A stretch of DNA of 62,252 nt, filler included, from Sphacelaria rigidula (Eukaryota), in the NCBI GenBank assembly GCA_964200075.2. It is 6 parts of 6 records of this genome, joined end to end, with 100 filler letters (N's around TTAATTAATTAA, not from the genome) between each part and the next. Parts side by side here need not be neighbours in the genome. Positions count along the whole stretch, not along the records: positions 51,963 to 62,252 come from CAXNAA020006778.1; 5 more parts are not named here. The stretch is one strand, 5' to 3'. The position numbers were made by a program, and so were the translations under genes. Below, in pieces: positions 61,442 through 62,252 of this stretch. Position 1 is the stretch's first letter, and each line of letters begins with the position of its first letter. The notes below the pieces were generated by a model. That model was given only the letters and a program-made list of their open reading frames with translations. It ran no database searches and was not told the DNA's origin.

Positions 61442-62190
61442 TGTGACGCCAGCCAGAAAAAGAACTGCTGGATAATTGCTGTTGAGGGACTCCCCCCGGT
61501 CCCACTGGCCTCCGTCTCAGTTGTCAGTCTTTGCAACATTTCATTATCCGGAATGCCCTTGCAAGCACAGCTTCATTAACCCGCAGGGTATATTTCCGTG
61601 TCCCCGGTCATTACCCAGAACCCTCCAGAATCCCCGTGCCCCCGGTCATTACCCAGATCATCACCATCAACTCAATGGAACGGCGTTTTTTCGTCACAAT
61701 ACCCCCAAAGCGCGTTGGACGAAAACCGTATAATTAGCTTGACACATATAAAGCGCCAAAACGATGAGCAAGTCGCAACTGAATCCAGACTCAAGCGTAA
61801 TACGAGCAGCAACGGCACGAGTCACGCGCATTATACGCAACTACTTCGTAAGAAACCCCGGAGCGGCCTCAAAAATATCCTTGAAAGGCTCCCATGTATG
61901 CTCCTCAACTTCGAAACCAACCCAGTCGACAAACACGATCAGCGAACGATCGTCTGCTCCTGCCACTGGGACGATACCAGTCATCTGAAATTGCCCCTGC
62001 TTGGAAGCGTGCTGGAACACGTCCTTAACGTTAAAACGTCAGCAGTAACATTGAGCTGCTAGTCTGCATAAAAACGCAAATGAGTTACATGGGCGGTCTG
62101 GATATGTCCCGAAACAATTTTCTGGATCTCAAACACGTGCGGGTGGTGAGTACCAACCACTCTTCATGGACCAGTCCATAACAACAAATT
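61442..62190 (-). mobile_element. 3' end of another chromodomain-Gypsy element, with a complete 257-bp 3' LTR (61442-61698)
   Basis: Minus-strand WTGP*RVVG...HLRFYAD...KDVFQH...VFVDWVGFEVEEHTWEP...AAPGF is homologous to 48430-48830. PPT GCTTTGGGGG, then LTR TGTGACG...CGTCACA. Confidence 0.88.
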
Positions 62191-62252
62191 GTGCGAATTG
62201 AGGTTTAACTTTGAGATGAGGTTCAAGCCTAAAACAGTGCTTTCCCCACACT

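Noticed and set aside
1-62252. Fanzor/TnpB, giant-virus or other novel multi-gene system
   Set aside because: No RuvC-like, capsid or viral core ORF was recognised, and the six segments are unlinked, so co-occurrence is not evidence.

Overview
Eukaryotic, intron-rich and TE-dense genomic DNA of roughly 50% GC, most likely a brown alga (Phaeophyceae). This is inferred from the repeat families, a bipartite plastid presequence and long introns. The window is not one locus. It is six contigs of 10293, 10293, 10293, 10293, 10290 and 10290 bp, joined by identical 100-bp linkers (N44-TTAATTAATTAA-N44), so nothing should be inferred across the linkers. Genes: six exons of an Integrator subunit 1 (INTS1)-like gene (contig 1, minus strand); two 5' exons of a probable plastid-targeted protein (contig 2); the terminal exon of a Cys-rich hypothetical protein (contig 4); and the last three exons of a spliced, bacterial-type Mfd/TRCF gene (contig 6). 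Mobile DNA: a decayed Copia element; a decayed chromodomain-bearing Gypsy element nested in the probable LTR of a second Copia; another Gypsy 3' end; LINE fragments; tRNA-derived SINEs; and several MITE/foldback elements. The most intriguing signals are (i) a LINE and a related non-autonomous family sharing a foldable four-way-junction 3' end, oligo(C) tails and C-tract insertion sites next to splice acceptors, and (ii) a ~60-bp TATA-like LTR module shared by a Copia and a Gypsy element. No CRISPR array, rRNA or intact tRNA was seen. All homology calls come from motif recognition, not database searches.
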